Source: Balanoglossus misakiensis (taxonomy: Eukaryota; Animalia; Hemichordata). Taken from it: DNA of 64,000 nt. Both the position numbers and the translations under genes were made by a program. The stretch spans positions 7,956,343-8,020,342 of the forward strand of contig CM082597.2 in assembly GCA_040954595.2 (NCBI GenBank), given 5' to 3'. Numbering within the stretch: the stretch's first letter is position 1; every line of letters begins with the position of its first letter. Positions 11,701 to 23,768 of this stretch are shown one piece after another. The notes beneath the pieces were generated by a model that had not been told where the DNA came from, did no database searches, and saw only the letters and a list, made by a program, of their open reading frames with translations.

Positions 11701-13276
11701 CCTCAGACCCATACAGTGCAAACCAGTGCGATTTGGTACATTTTACAGGGGGCTCAGACTGCCAAGTGTGTTTAAGTATGTTAGAGAGCCATGCCAAGAC
11801 AGTCAAAATACCTTTAAGAAGAAAAAGGGCACATATATATTTTAAGGGCCCTTGACACTCTAAATAGGTATGACGCCCAGTATTGGTAGGGTTTTAATCA
11901 AAATTATAAAGCTCTTGGTAATTATTTCCAAAGAATAATTGATTCCAAACTAATCTTTTTGTGCTATAGGTTGTGTATTCAACAATATAGAATATCACCA
12001 CAATTCTACATGGACCAGTCCTGTTGATGAATGTGAAATCTGTACCTGTAGTGAAGGAATTGTAACTTGTGTCAAACAGACATGTAAACATGAATGCACA
12101 CATCCATTGCCCAACCCTGGACATTGTTGTCATAGTTGTCAAGGTAACCGCACATGTAGTTAGATCTTTTGTGTCATCAAGTTTATTGATGAAGCATTCA
12201 TTTACATAAGGATGATCTGCATCTCAAATCTAGTCAGGATTGGGAGAATGAATTTGTAGTAAAGCAGAAACTCATGCTACCATGGAATGATATGTATACT
12301 TAAACCCATTTACAGGTCAGTAAAATTTGAAAGAAAATTACATTCAGTTATTAAAAAAACAAAATTTTATCTTTCATATACCCAGCCTTGTTATCGTTGA
12401 TGGTTAAATGTAATCCTGACCCTAAGAATTCAGCAATGTCCAAACACAGACAGTTTACAAACAAAATATTGTTTAATTAGGTAGCAAGAAATGTGCCAAC
12501 ATATATTTAATTGCAATTTTTCATGTACTTTTTTTATTCCAAGACCATCTACCCTGATAATGTTTTTCATTATTTCTTTTCAACAGAATGTTTATACAAT
12601 GGTTATATTTCAAATGACGGTGAAATATTTACTGATCCGAACAACACATGTTCACAATGTCAATGTTTGGTAAGTACCAGACAGACTGCATTGGTCAATT
12701 TCTGATCACATGAGATACATTTATACTTAATATTGCATTCTGATTGGTCAATTTCTGATCACATGTCACTGTTCCTCTGGTCAGAAAGAGAATCACCATG
12801 AAGTGATAGAACTGCGTTGAATTCATTACCATTTGGTGACCAGTTCCACAAAGGTCACCATGGCTGCTACCCTGTTCGGCTGTGCTGTTTTTTGGCACAA
12901 TGTCTAGTATGTCTTGATTTCATGTGGTACTAAATTCATCAATTACGGCTCTAGTCTCATATTTAGATTTTATTTTTGTATCAAAGGTCTACTACCTGTA
13001 ACGTTTGGCTTATTATTTTAGTTGACTGACAAGTTATGTTGAAGCACCTCCTTTCATATGATCTGTATTTTTCTCTGTTCCAGAAAGGCAGTGTGATGTG
13101 TTTGGTTCACGACTGTCCTTTGGTGACGTGTGCAAATCCTATTCAGGGACCATGCTGTCCGGTCTGTAAAGGTGACTTTGAAATTTTCTCTTGATTAGTC
13201 TTTCAGAACTTCCGGGGAAATCTTTAGAACCATGTCTTCCGCATTCTCAGTATGTGCAACTTACCATACCATTTAA

Positions 13277-13598
13277 AGCCTCTAGAGCTGCCAAATTTCA
13301 CACATTTTTTTCCACAATAAAATACTTCAAACCTTTTCCCTATCCTTTAAAATCCTCACCATTAAGACATGTAACTTGTATTTGCATCAGTCTGTCATCT
13401 GTTGGTGATGCAAACCACGATAGCTGCGTACTGTTTGTATGGATGTTCATGTATATAGTTTCGAATCGCTACATACAGCCACAATCGGGCATCGATAAAG
13501 TGTTCATGTATACCAATCAGTAAACTTATTTAGATGAACTAATCTAAGCTGGAAAATAAAATCATGAAAATAATGCAAAAGTGGCAGCTCTAGAGGCT
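13277..13598. mobile_element. Kolobok-like MITE (M3); right half deleted in units 2 and 3
   Basis: TTAA|AGCCTCTAGAGCTGCC ... GGCAGCTCTAGAGGCT|TTAT, 16-bp TIR. Confidence 0.65.
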
Positions 13599-13779
13599 TT
13601 ATCTCCTGCAGTTACTGGAAGAGATATGTAAGGTGACAGAAATCGATTAATTGATCTAATGATATATAGTGAATTGTAAAACATAAAGTGTCATACTGTA
13701 TGTTGTTGTTACTTTGCAATTAGAAGAAGAAAAAATAATGAAGAGATTTTGAATTGATTGTCCTAACATGGCATTACTA

Positions 13780-13970
13780 CTGTAAAACACTTAATTTTCG
13801 CAAGTTGAAATTTTTGCAATATCTAGAGAGGCCACTGTTACGCAAGTATTAATTTTCACGTTCTCTTATTTCATTCACTGCATCGTTATCTTAAAAAAAG
13901 TGATGGGACTTTTTATTTTCACACTATTTTGGCGAAAAGTAATTGCTTGCGAAAATAAAGTGTTTTACAG
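13780..13970 (-). mobile_element. MITE M1 copy (counterparts 39240-39430, 60726-60915)
   Basis: TA|CTGTAAAACAC...GTGTTTTACAG|TA with the internal sequence inverted. Confidence 0.85.
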
Positions 13971-14221
13971 TATGTGATCAATGTACATTGGAGTTCAATT
14001 TGGTACTATACAGTATTTCTAACCATTATGTCTATCATTTGATGATTATGTTGCAATGTTATCTTTTTATTGTATATTCCCAGCAAGTTGTTTCTTTGAT
14101 GGTAATGAATTTCAAAGTGGTGAGACGTTTAAACCAGCCAATCAGAACTGTACAATTTGTTGGTGTTCAGTAAGTCCATGTCTATTCACCCTCCCAACCC
14201 AGTTCCCCCTATAGAGGTCTG

Positions 14222-14658
14222 TCTGTCCTTCCATCCATGCACATGTACGTCCACAATGATTTCAGCATCATCTGTGAAGTGATCATTGTGCAACTTGGCA
14301 TTAGTATAGTACCTTATAAATAGACGCAAATCAAAGAATTTATTTATGTTGGCCTTATTGCATTCTTTAATGGCAGTTGTATAGTCATTATGATTTTTAC
14401 TTCAGTCTGTAGTTCCATCTGATATTAATGTATTACAGCCACAGCAGTTGACTTTCAAAATTTAATTGTGTTGTTAGTTCATGCTTTGGAATGCGGAAAC
14501 TTAAAGAGTAGGTCAATTTTTCTGTCCTTCCGTCCATGCATGTGTCTGCAATGATTTCAGCATCATCTGTGAAGGGATCATTGTGCAACAGGGCATAAGT
14601 ATAGTACCTTATGGAAAGACGCAAAACAAAGAATTATTTATGTTGTCCTTATTGCATT
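14222..14658 (+). repeat. Local direct duplication of ~140 bp (14222-14365 and 14521-14658), present in all three units
   Basis: Shared TCTGTCCTTCC..AATGATTTCAGCATCATCTGTGAAG..GACGCAAA..CCTTATTGCATT. Confidence 0.7.
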
Positions 14659-15109
14659 AATAGCAATCTGCAATTGTTTAATTACAGGATGGACAAATAG
14701 GATGTGAATCTGTACTGTGTCCAGAACTTCCCTGTGCAATCGAGTTTCAGACATTCCTGCCATTCCAAGATGTGTAGATGCTTCCGGAATCATCTATCCA
14801 TTTGGACAGACGTGGTTTAAGAGGAATGATCCATGCCAGAGCTGTACTTGTCAGGTAAGAACACAGAATGCAGTAGCACAGATCTAACAAGATTTCTGAT
14901 TGGTCAAATTTTTCACAGTTCAGTCATTTCTGTGTATTAAACAAAAGGTGCAACTGATTGCTTGATGCAAACCCTTGGAGCAGACTTCACTTTTTTGAGA
15001 ATGTGTTGGATGTCGACTATGTAGATCTGACCTCGTACATACCTCAAACAATTTAAGGTTACTGGTCAGGAGTTTAGTCATATCTATGTCTGTTTTCTAC
15101 TACAAAATA

Positions 15110-15301
15110 CTGTAAAACATGTTATTTTCGTGAGCAATAAATTTTCGCCAAAATAGTGTGAAAATAAAAAGTCGCGTAATTTTTTTTAAAGATAACGATG
15201 CAGTGAATGAAATAATAGAACGCGAAAATTAATACTCGCGAAACAGTGGCCTCTCTCGATATTGTGAAAATTTCAACTCGCGAAAATAAAATGTTATACA
15301 G
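15110..15301 (+). mobile_element. MITE M1 copy 'A' (counterpart 40600-40805)
   Basis: TA-flanked TIRs and M1 internal sequence. Confidence 0.85.
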
Positions 15302-18300
15302 TAGTCATTTGCAGCAACCATAGAACAAAGTTGGAGAACTTTGTGAAATATAAACTGTACACAACCGTTCTAAGATCTTTGTGATTTTTCCTCTTTAGAT
15401 TGATGGTCAGATAACATGTACCACTGTCACATGTACAGAGTCATGTAACAATCCAATTGTCATACAAAATCAATGTTGCCCAGATTGTAATGGTAAGTCA
15501 CAAAAGTAAAATTAACCCTTTCATCAAAATACTAGTCCAAGTGTTACTAATGGTGTGCCTGATCCAATTTACATGTTTTGGATGTGTTATGGTGGACTTG
15601 TTCAGTTGGTTGGACTTACATGTAATTTGCAAGGAAGTTGTTAAATATCTCAGTCTTAAAGGTGGTTTCATTTAAAGCTTGACGATCATCTTATGCTCAT
15701 CTGCTTAATTTTGTGTGTACAAACATTACATCCAATCCAAATGTTCTGCAAATTTTGCAATCAACACTTTCAAATAGTGGACTGCCTTCGATTCCTTCCA
15801 TATTTCATGTGCACTGTTTAAGTAGACTGTGCTTTTGTCCCTTTTCCCCGATCTCCAACACAGACTATGGTCGCCACCATCTTGTCTGTTGTTGGACAGC
15901 ACACTGCCTCATGCCATTGATTGTATACAAATTTTGCCACCAGAGATTCTGGTTTGGCACACATGTACATTTGTATATCATCGCCATTTAACTTTTCTAG
16001 CATCTTACATATGTAGGCAATAGAATATTTCTTGTCATGAATAGCCTTGACCTCCAAATGTGAAAGTGTCCATAAAAATACTTATTGTGACGTGCATTTT
16101 TTTTGATAGGTTGTACATATGGCGGTGAAAATCACAGAGATGGTGCTGTATTCCCATCATTACTAGATAGCTGCAGTGAGTGTACATGACTGTACAGTTT
16201 TGTACATCTGGTAATGTCAACTGTCAACCAATCAGCTGTCAGGTGAACTGCATGTTTCCATTCCAAGATGAAGATATGTGCTGTCCCTCATGTCAGGGTA
16301 AGTCGTTTCATCAAGCTTTGAAAGTCTTTGATTTCTTTTGCAATTGGTCAGCAACAGCTACTACACACATCTATTCATGCAACACAGTCCGGACATACTG
16401 AAGAACACTTTATTTTCGCGAGTTGAAATTTTCGCAATATCGAGAGAGGCCACTTTTTGGCGAGTATTAATTTTCGTGTTCTCTTATTTCATTAACAAAT
16501 ACAATTTACATACAATTTACAATATGAGCTCTGTTGATATACGGAATGCAACGTAAACAAACCCGCGCATCATTTCAAGTGTTACGGGCAATATTTACTG
16601 CTTGCATGTACATGTAGCTACAAATGCCCAAACCTTTCTTATATCTTCATTATGTAGTATTCCTTGATGAATGTACGGGAAAAACAGGCAATTTTCGATA
16701 ATGAAAAATGGATAAACACGAGAAAAACTAGGGCTGTAATGAATTACAGCTGAGTTGAACATATCTAGTGGATATAGAAAACTGTGCATGGCTGCATAGC
16801 ATTTTCTCAAACCTCTTGAAGACATTCACTTGGCAAATGGTTAAAAATAACTTCTGTTTTAATAATACTCTCCTTCACTGAAGTGTGATTGACCAGAATG
16901 GTTTTTTTTACTCATAATGTGATGTTATTAATTCTTTGCAGATTGTCTGTATGATGGTCAGTATATACAGAATATGAACACAATCAAAGATGGCTTCATA
17001 ACTTGTCTTTGTACAGTAAGTTAATATAGTAATTTTATCGAGTGTTTTAATCTGAGAAAATTACCCAAATACTAAAAGTCATAGATATCACTGGTTACAC
17101 GTAAAAAACCTGAGTATGACATCAGCGAAAGTGTTTCTGACAAAGACATGGATTGGCCAGGCTACGGTGTAGGCTATGTCACGTCTATTTATTTGCTCAA
17201 GCAATACATGAAAGTAAATTATTCCATTTATAATTTGACAGATCATATGTTACTGTTATTGAACTGCCCATGACATCCTCACCCTCTGCCCCCTCTCAGT
17301 TCCACCTTGCCTAATCCACCCCTCCCCTCCACCCATGCACCCATGCTATCTCTTCCACACTAAACTGATGTCTCTCCTTGTCTGCATAGTTTGGGAATGT
17401 AACATGTGGTAACATGGAAATTTGCCCAATACTGGAATGTGACAACCCCATCCTTGTAGAGGATAGTTGCTGTCCAGTGTGTCAAGAAAGTAAGGAAATA
17501 TCAGATACAAGATCTTAAAGTCAAGTGTTATGTATCAGAATTTTCTGAGATTAAATAATTTTCTTTTCTTCAAAGGACAAGAAACCGTTATGTTATTCTA
17601 CATGTGGATATACATGTATTGTGAATCAACATTTGACCACACACAACTTCCATTCTACTTGTAGACAAGAGTGAAAAAACTCGCCAAAATGAAAAATCGG
17701 TGTTTACCATTTATTCATTTTGGCGAGATTTTTATTCTCATATGCTACATATGGAATGGAAGTTTATTTATTTATTTATTTTTTATTAATTTTTATAAAT
17801 AAATAAATTTATATCTATCCACATGTAAAATAACATAAACCGTGTCTTGTGTCAAACATAATTAATGGTAAAAGGGCAGCGAGAGAGAAACCTTTTGTCT
17901 CTTTAAAGTTATCTTCAAGTTCAATGAAGGAAAAACTAATCTAGACTGAAGTTTGTCACATGAGGGCACTTTGCGTAACCAATCCATGCAATGGGTTCCA
18001 CACTGGACGCCTTCAGTGGACTGCATGGGAATGTAACAATTTCCATCTCAACAATGTGTATTTGAACTTTATTGGTAGATCCAGTATGTGTGGCAGGGGA
18101 TGGTACAGAGTATCAACCTGGACAAATGTGGACAGAATTTGACCTGTGTCTGCAATGTACATGTCAGGTATGTCAACTTATAGATGATGTCAGAAGTTCA
18201 AAGTCAGGTAAAAAAAATATTTCTTTTAGTTTTGCCGCAAACCCCAGGCCAACCCCTTGAAATTTAATTGTTGAATCATTCCCATTATTTCATTACTCTG

Positions 18301-18638
18301 ATGCTTCAAATCAAACCAAACCAAGGTTGGGTGACAGTGAAAATAACAATAGTTGTCAAATTAAAAACACATTTATTTCTGTAACTAAACTTGTCAGTAA
18401 ATATAATCCACTGTAAAAGTAAACATAAATAAATAAGCTCCTATTTCAGCCAAAGTGCAACAGACGGTCCCAGAAACAGAGCCATTGTTTTCCTGTTTTC
18501 CAGATGATTTGATTTCAGTCGACTTGCCATGAAGGCAGCAAAATACACGACTACTACATAATATTATTTTAACGACTTTTAACGAAACCAAAATAGAATT
18601 TGATTAAGAACCTGTACATCACCATGTTTTAACTGATA

Positions 18639-18846
18639 CTGTAAAATACTTTATTTTTGCGAGCAATAAATTTTCGCGAAATACACGAGAGCCAAAATAG
18701 CGTGAAAATAAAAAGTCGCATAACATTTTCTTGAAGATAACGATGCAGTGAATGAAATAAGAGTATGTGAAAATTAATACCCGCGAAACAGTGGCCTCTC
18801 TCGATATCGTGAAAATTTCAACTCGTGAAAGTAAAGTGTTTTACAG
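18639..18846 (+). mobile_element. MITE M1 copy 'B' (counterpart 44560-44767)
   Basis: TA-flanked TIRs and M1 internal sequence. Confidence 0.85.
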
Positions 18847-20317
18847 TATGAACCTGATAGTTGTCGTTCCTCTTTCAGCCTGATTCCAAGATTACCTGTA
18901 CAGAATTAGAGTGCCCAGTAACATGTGAGCATGGACTGTACACAGCTTCTGATTGCTGTCCAGACTGTAGTCTGTGTGAATACAATAATATCTTGTATGC
19001 TGATGATGATCGCTTCAACCCTCTTGGTGATGTGTGTAGATCCTGCTTGTGTCTGGTAAGTTCTCATCACTGCACAAAGTCTCTCTCTCTAGCTGCCCCT
19101 TTCCATTAATTATGTTTGATACAAGACATTGTTTATGTTATTCTACATGTGGATATATACATGTAGTGAATCAACTTTCAACCACACACAACTTCCGTCC
19201 CGTTTGTAGGATATGAGAGTAAAAACTCGCCCAAAATGGATAAATGGTAGAGACCAATTATTTATTTCGGCGAGTTTTTCACTCTCGTGTCTACAAACAG
19301 GATAGAAATTGTGGGTGGTTGAACGTTGATTCACTATATATCCACATGTACAATAACATAAACGGTGTCTTGTATCAAACATAATTAATGGATAAAGGGC
19401 TGAGAGAGAGAGACTTTGTCCTTTTAATGAAGAATACATCTTGTGTTAAAGCACTTTTGGCTTTGAGGGTTATAAGCACATGCAGTGTGTTCATGCCAAG
19501 ACTTAAGGTTTTTTTTTTTCGAGTTACCTACACTGTACGCATAAGCTGTGGAAAAATGCATACAAACTAAAAATCATACGTACAGAGACCTTATAACCGA
19601 AACAAAAATGTTCCACTAATACACGTAGGAGAAACATTGTCTAGTCTACATGCATCATGAACATTGGTGCACACATACATTCCTTTACTATTAAAAGTAT
19701 CAATGGTCAGGGTCAGGGTCAATGGTCGTCCATAATTTCTATAATAATAACCCATTAAATAATTTGTATTTACAGGATGGTACTTTGACTTGTAATTTAA
19801 CAGTGTGTGAAGCCACAACATGTTCTAATTTTGCAAGTGTACCAGGGCAGTGCTGTCCTAAATGTCTAGGTAAGTGGACAGGTTAGATGAGTCATCACAT
19901 GCTGTGGTTCCTCCTCTATGAGTCATCACTTGTTGTGATCTTTCCTGTATGGGTTATCAATTGCTGAGTAAGTGCTCAGGCTGTGAACAAAGCACACACC
20001 AATCAATCGATCGAATTTTACACAATACCAGTATATTGATCAGAAAAATGACAAAATATAAAACACAATTTTAATACCGCAAAACAGAAGAATTCTATAT
20101 AATTTTAACACCCAGATAATGGTATTCCTGTTGGCCATATCATCATGTCTTCAACCAGAGTGACATAGCACTGTATAAAATGTCTTCTTTGTCTCTTTGT
20201 TTAGACTGTCGGGTCATTGATGGCACAACGTATCACCATGGTGACATGTGGACTCTTCAAGATGATCCCTGTACAACATGTATATGTGATGTAAGTTACT
20301 TTGATTGGTGGATTTAA

Positions 20318-20667
20318 AGGGACAAAGTCTCTCTCTCGCTGCCCCTTTCAAATTAATTATGTCTGATATAAGACACTGTTTATGTTAATGTACATGTGTA
20401 TATGTACATGTAGTGAATGAACGTTCAACCACACACAACTTCCATCCTGCTTGTATTATATGAAAATAAAAACTCGCCCAAAATGAATAAATGGTAGAGA
20501 CTGATTATTCATTTTGGCGAGATTTTCCCCTCTCGTCTACAAGTGGGATGGAAGTAGTGTGTGGTTGAACGTCGATTCCCTATAAATCCACATGTAGAAT
20601 AACATAAACGGTGTCTTGTATCAAACATAATTAATTAAAAATGGGGAAGAAGAGAGACTTTGTCCCT
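20318..20667. mobile_element. Kolobok-like palindromic MITE (M2); related copies near 17572-17903, 19074-19423, 43310-43823, 44995-45345, 46268-46618, 62525-62870
   Basis: TTAA|AGGGACAAAGTCTCTCT ... AGAGAGACTTTGTCCCT|TTAA with long internal inverted symmetry. Confidence 0.75.
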
Positions 20668-20691
20668 TTAATGAATAATATATCTTGTGTT

Positions 20692-20799
20692 AGAGCACTT
20701 TTGGCTTTGATTGTTATAAGCACATGCAGAGCACTTTTGGCTTTGATTGTTATAAGCACATGCAGAGCACTTTTGGCTTTGAGGGTGATAAGCACATGC
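20692..20799 (+). repeat. 36-bp tandem repeat x3 (single copy in unit 2)
   Basis: AGAGCACTTTTGGCTTTGATTGTTATAAGCACATGC repeated. Confidence 0.9.
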
Positions 20800-20955
20800 A
20801 GTGTGTTCATGCCAAGACATTTTTGTGCAGCAACACAGTGTACAGACTGTCACATTCTGCTGTTCTGATGAGCTTTCATGTTTTGTGGATGTTTGCTTCT
20901 TGTCATATATCTCAGTAATTAGATTTCTAGATCTGTACTTTTGGCTATTTATATA

Positions 20956-21126
20956 TGCATCTTTAGAATTTATTTTAAAGTGTTTTAGTTGCTGCTCGGT
21001 ATAGACAGCGCCCTCGTTGGTACCAGCCCTACTCCTTACGTTTTTGTATTACTGCGCATGCGCAATTGATATGGCTGTACTGCCGCGCTCATCAACGGAC
21101 TCGTTACTTAGTCTTGCAAGAGACCA
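20956..21126 (+). repeat. Ngaro repeat A1 (171 bp)
   Basis: Matches 25026-25196 with 5 mismatches counted by eye. Confidence 0.95.
21053..21064. promoter_or_regulatory. NRF1-consensus palindrome in repeat A1
   Basis: TGCGCATGCGCA, ending 66 nt before the gag ATG. Confidence 0.4.
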
Positions 21127-21130
21127 CAAA

Positions 21131-22270
21131 ATGTCGTATAATCTGTGCAAAAGAAGTGCAATAACCGAAAGTTCATGCACAGGATGTGGTGTAGATCGTT
21201 ATGGATCGCCATCAGTATTCAGCAGTGACACCGACAGCAAACCAGTCGAACCTGAGTCGCCAGCTTCAGTGATCGACGGATATCTATCTCCGGTAAGCCG
21301 CAATATGCCTGACGAGTGCCCGATCGACCTCAGTAAGTCACACGGAACCAACCAACTCGAAAATAGGATCGATCGCCTAGAGCGGACCGTAGACAAACTA
21401 GCCGGACTTGTTGAACGTTCTTTTACCGTGACAGACAAGAAGAACGAGCTTCCCCGCCAAAACGCAGTTGGCTACAATCAAATGGAGCGCCCCCACAGTT
21501 CTCAGCCCCCGGTACACGAACCAGCTGGAGTTGGTAACAAGGCATTCGATACTTTACACCAGAGGAAAACCCTTCACGAAGGAGTGCCCCTGGCGACAAG
21601 AAAGAAAGTTCTTGCCGGTGAGTACATTGATCTGAGCGAGTTACATCCATTGAACTTTGCTCATGTCTCAACACCGGACAAAATAGAAGCTACTATCGAT
21701 GGCAGCCAAGTTGTCTTCAACCCTAAGCGGAAAAAAGTTCCTATATCAACCTTTGGCGCTTGGCTGAACGCCTTTGCTATACTGGAAAGCATTCTACTCG
21801 AAAAGAAGCCAGCCACAGCAACATCACTTCTTGCATACCGCCAACTTATCCAGAACTGTGACAGCAAATTTGCATGGCCAGTGGTGTATGCATATGATGT
21901 TAGATTCCGACACCAACTAAGTGAAACCTGCTCCTTTGACTACCACGCCCTGAACCAGGACCTGTACATCACTACATTCATGGACCCTGGTGCAGTAAAG
22001 ACCACACGTAGGGAATGTTATCGCTGCAAAGCCACAGATCACTTAGCTAAGGAGTGTCCCTTTCGTGAGGAACTATCCACACCGGCGGAGAACACAAAGA
22101 AGAAAACAAAAACGGATGAGGTTTGCTTGCTCTACCAAACAGGTGAATGTAGATTCCCAAAGTGTAAGCGCCAGCACAAGTGCAAACGATGTGGAGCAGA
22201 CTCACCCCTCATCAATTGGAAAACTTGCATGTCACTTCAACGCGGAAGTGTGGCAGCAAGTTCTCAATAA
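21131..22270 (+). CDS. gag: Ngaro ORF1 Gag-like protein with a CCHC knuckle and a second Cys/His finger
   Basis: ATG in CAAAATG context just after A1. Coiled-coil-like LENRIDRLERTVDKL, GEYIDL, YDVRFR, CYRCKATDHLAKEC, CLLYQTGECRFPKCKRQHKCKRC. Confidence 0.85.
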   Translation: MSYNLCKRSAITESSCTGCGVDRYGSPSVFSSDTDSKPVEPESPASVIDGYLSPVSRNMPDECPIDLSKSHGTNQLENRIDRLERTVDKLAGLVERSFTVTDKKNELPRQNAVGYNQMERPHSSQPPVHEPAGVGNKAFDTLHQRKTLHEGVPLATRKKVLAGEYIDLSELHPLNFAHVSTPDKIEATIDGSQVVFNPKRKKVPISTFGAWLNAFAILESILLEKKPATATSLLAYRQLIQNCDSKFAWPVVYAYDVRFRHQLSETCSFDYHALNQDLYITTFMDPGAVKTTRRECYRCKATDHLAKECPFREELSTPAENTKKKTKTDEVCLLYQTGECRFPKCKRQHKCKRCGADSPLINWKTCMSLQRGSVAASSQ

Positions 22271-23762
22271 ACACCCAGATAAACAATATGCTGAAAAAAT
22301 CCTGACGTGGATTCAACAGGGGGTGCCTATTGGTTTCAAGGGCCAAAGGCCGCAAACCCCCCTGCTGTCAGCTAATTGGAAGAGCGCACTTGACGTTAAG
22401 GACAAAGTTACGCATAAACTTTTAGAGGAAGTCAAGAAAGGATACAAAGCAGGACCATTTATTACTCCACCATTCCAATCATTTATTAGTTCACCACTAG
22501 GAGCGCGACCAAAGAAGAATACAAATAAATATCGGATAATTCATGACCTTTCCTGGCCTCCAGGGCACTCTGTGAATGATCACATATCGAAGGACGAATA
22601 TAGTTGTCAGTACATATCGATCGATGCGGCTATCGAGCACATAAAACGTTTAGGTAAGGGGTCCCTTATCGCAAAGGTTGACCTCGAAGATGCATTCTAC
22701 CAAATACCTGTCACACCGGATGACTGGAATCAACTCGGCTGTTCCTGGGACCTTGAAATCGACGGCGAACTCCAAACATGCTATTTCTATAGCAAAGTGT
22801 TGCCATTCGGTCTCAGGAGCAGCCCAGCGATTTTCAATGAGTTTGCTGACGGTCTTCAGTTTACCATGCAAGCTGCACACAACATTGATCTAGTGGAACA
22901 TTACCTTGATGATTACTTCACAGCTGGCCGCGCAGGCACAAATCAGTGCAGTAGAAACCTTCAGGGAATGTTACTCGCTTGCGATGAACTTGGGTTTCCT
23001 GTAAACCCTACAAAAGTCACCACCCCCTCCACAACCATGGAGTTTCTTGGCATAACACTAGACACAATCCGCATGGAGGCACGAGTGTCTCAGGACCGCA
23101 TTGATGACACTCTGACGGAACTTCTTGCCTGGATGACAATGAAACGGGCAACAAAGCGACAAATCTTGTCACTTATTGGTAAACTTACCTTCATCACCCG
23201 GGTATGTCGACCCGGTCGTACCTTTCTCAAACGACTAATAGACACTTCATCAGGACTAAAACGCCTACACCATAAAGTAAAACTGAACCGCAATTTCAAA
23301 CTGGACCTTCAATGGTGGATTGACTACTTACCTACATGGAATGGTGTCAGTATGTTCTACGACAGTTACTGGACAAATAATGTTGACCTACATCTTTACA
23401 CTGATGCTTCAGACATTGGCTATGGTGGAGTGTTCGGTGTGCAAAAAATCCAAGGAAAGTTCGTCAATGAGATTCCTGCCTACACCCCTCAAATCTATTC
23501 TATTAACTGGAGGGAACTTTACGCTATCGTGCGTGCTGCAGACACGTGGGGAGCCCACTTCAAAGGACGAAAAATCCTTTTCCACTGTGATAATTCTTCT
23601 GTTGTTGCAATGATCCGCAGTGGTTCATCTCGCAGTGAAAAGTGTGCATCCCTTCTGCGAAAACTGTTCTTCATTTGTGCCAGAGACAATTTCCTGATGA
23701 ATGCTATACATATTGCAGGCAGCAAAAACACTATTGCTGATGCTCTATCTCGTTACAAGTAA
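22047..23762 (+). CDS. pol: Ngaro ORF2 reverse transcriptase / RNase H, +1 frame relative to gag; start mechanism uncertain
   Basis: HPDK..GVPIGF, YRIIHDLS, KVDLEDAF, LPFGLRSSP, YLDD, FLG, TDAS, RELYAI, CDN, ADALSR. The frame opens after TAG at 22044-22046. Confidence 0.92.
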   Translation, partial: LRSVPFVRNYPHRRRTQRRKQKRMRFACSTKQVNVDSQSVSASTSANDVEQTHPSSIGKLACHFNAEVWQQVLNKHPDKQYAEKILTWIQQGVPIGFKGQRPQTPLLSANWKSALDVKDKVTHKLLEEVKKGYKAGPFITPPFQSFISSPLGARPKKNTNKYRIIHDLSWPPGHSVNDHISKDEYSCQYISIDAAIEHIKRLGKGSLIAKVDLEDAFYQIPVTPDDWNQLGCSWDLEIDGELQTCYFYSKVLPFGLRSSPAIFNEFADGLQFTMQAAHNIDLVEHYLDDYFTAGRAGTNQCSRNLQGMLLACDELGFPVNPTKVTTPSTTMEFLGITLDTIRMEARVSQDRIDDTLTELLAWMTMKRATKRQILSLIGKLTFITRVCRPGRTFLKRLIDTSSGLKRLHHKVKLNRNFKLDLQWWIDYLPTWNGVSMFYDSYWTNNVDLHLYTDASDIGYGGVFGVQKIQGKFVNEIPAYTPQIYSINWRELYAIVRAADTWGAHFKGRKILFHCDNSSVVAMIRSGSSRSEKCASLLRKLFFICARDNFLMNAIHIAGSKNTIADALSRYK

Positions 23763-23768
23763 CACTGA

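Noticed and set aside
20692-20799. 36-bp repeats as a CRISPR array
   Set aside because: Head-to-tail copies with no spacers, in a eukaryotic intron with no cas genes.
21017-21130. ORF-track N-terminal extension of gag resembling a signal peptide
   Set aside because: It starts at TTG inside repeat A1, and in A2 the same position is TTA. The ATG at 21131 is a better start.
21292-21298. Donor-like CCG|GTAAGC in gag as partner for the 23784 acceptor
   Set aside because: It is phase 0, so it would be out of frame with the recombinase.
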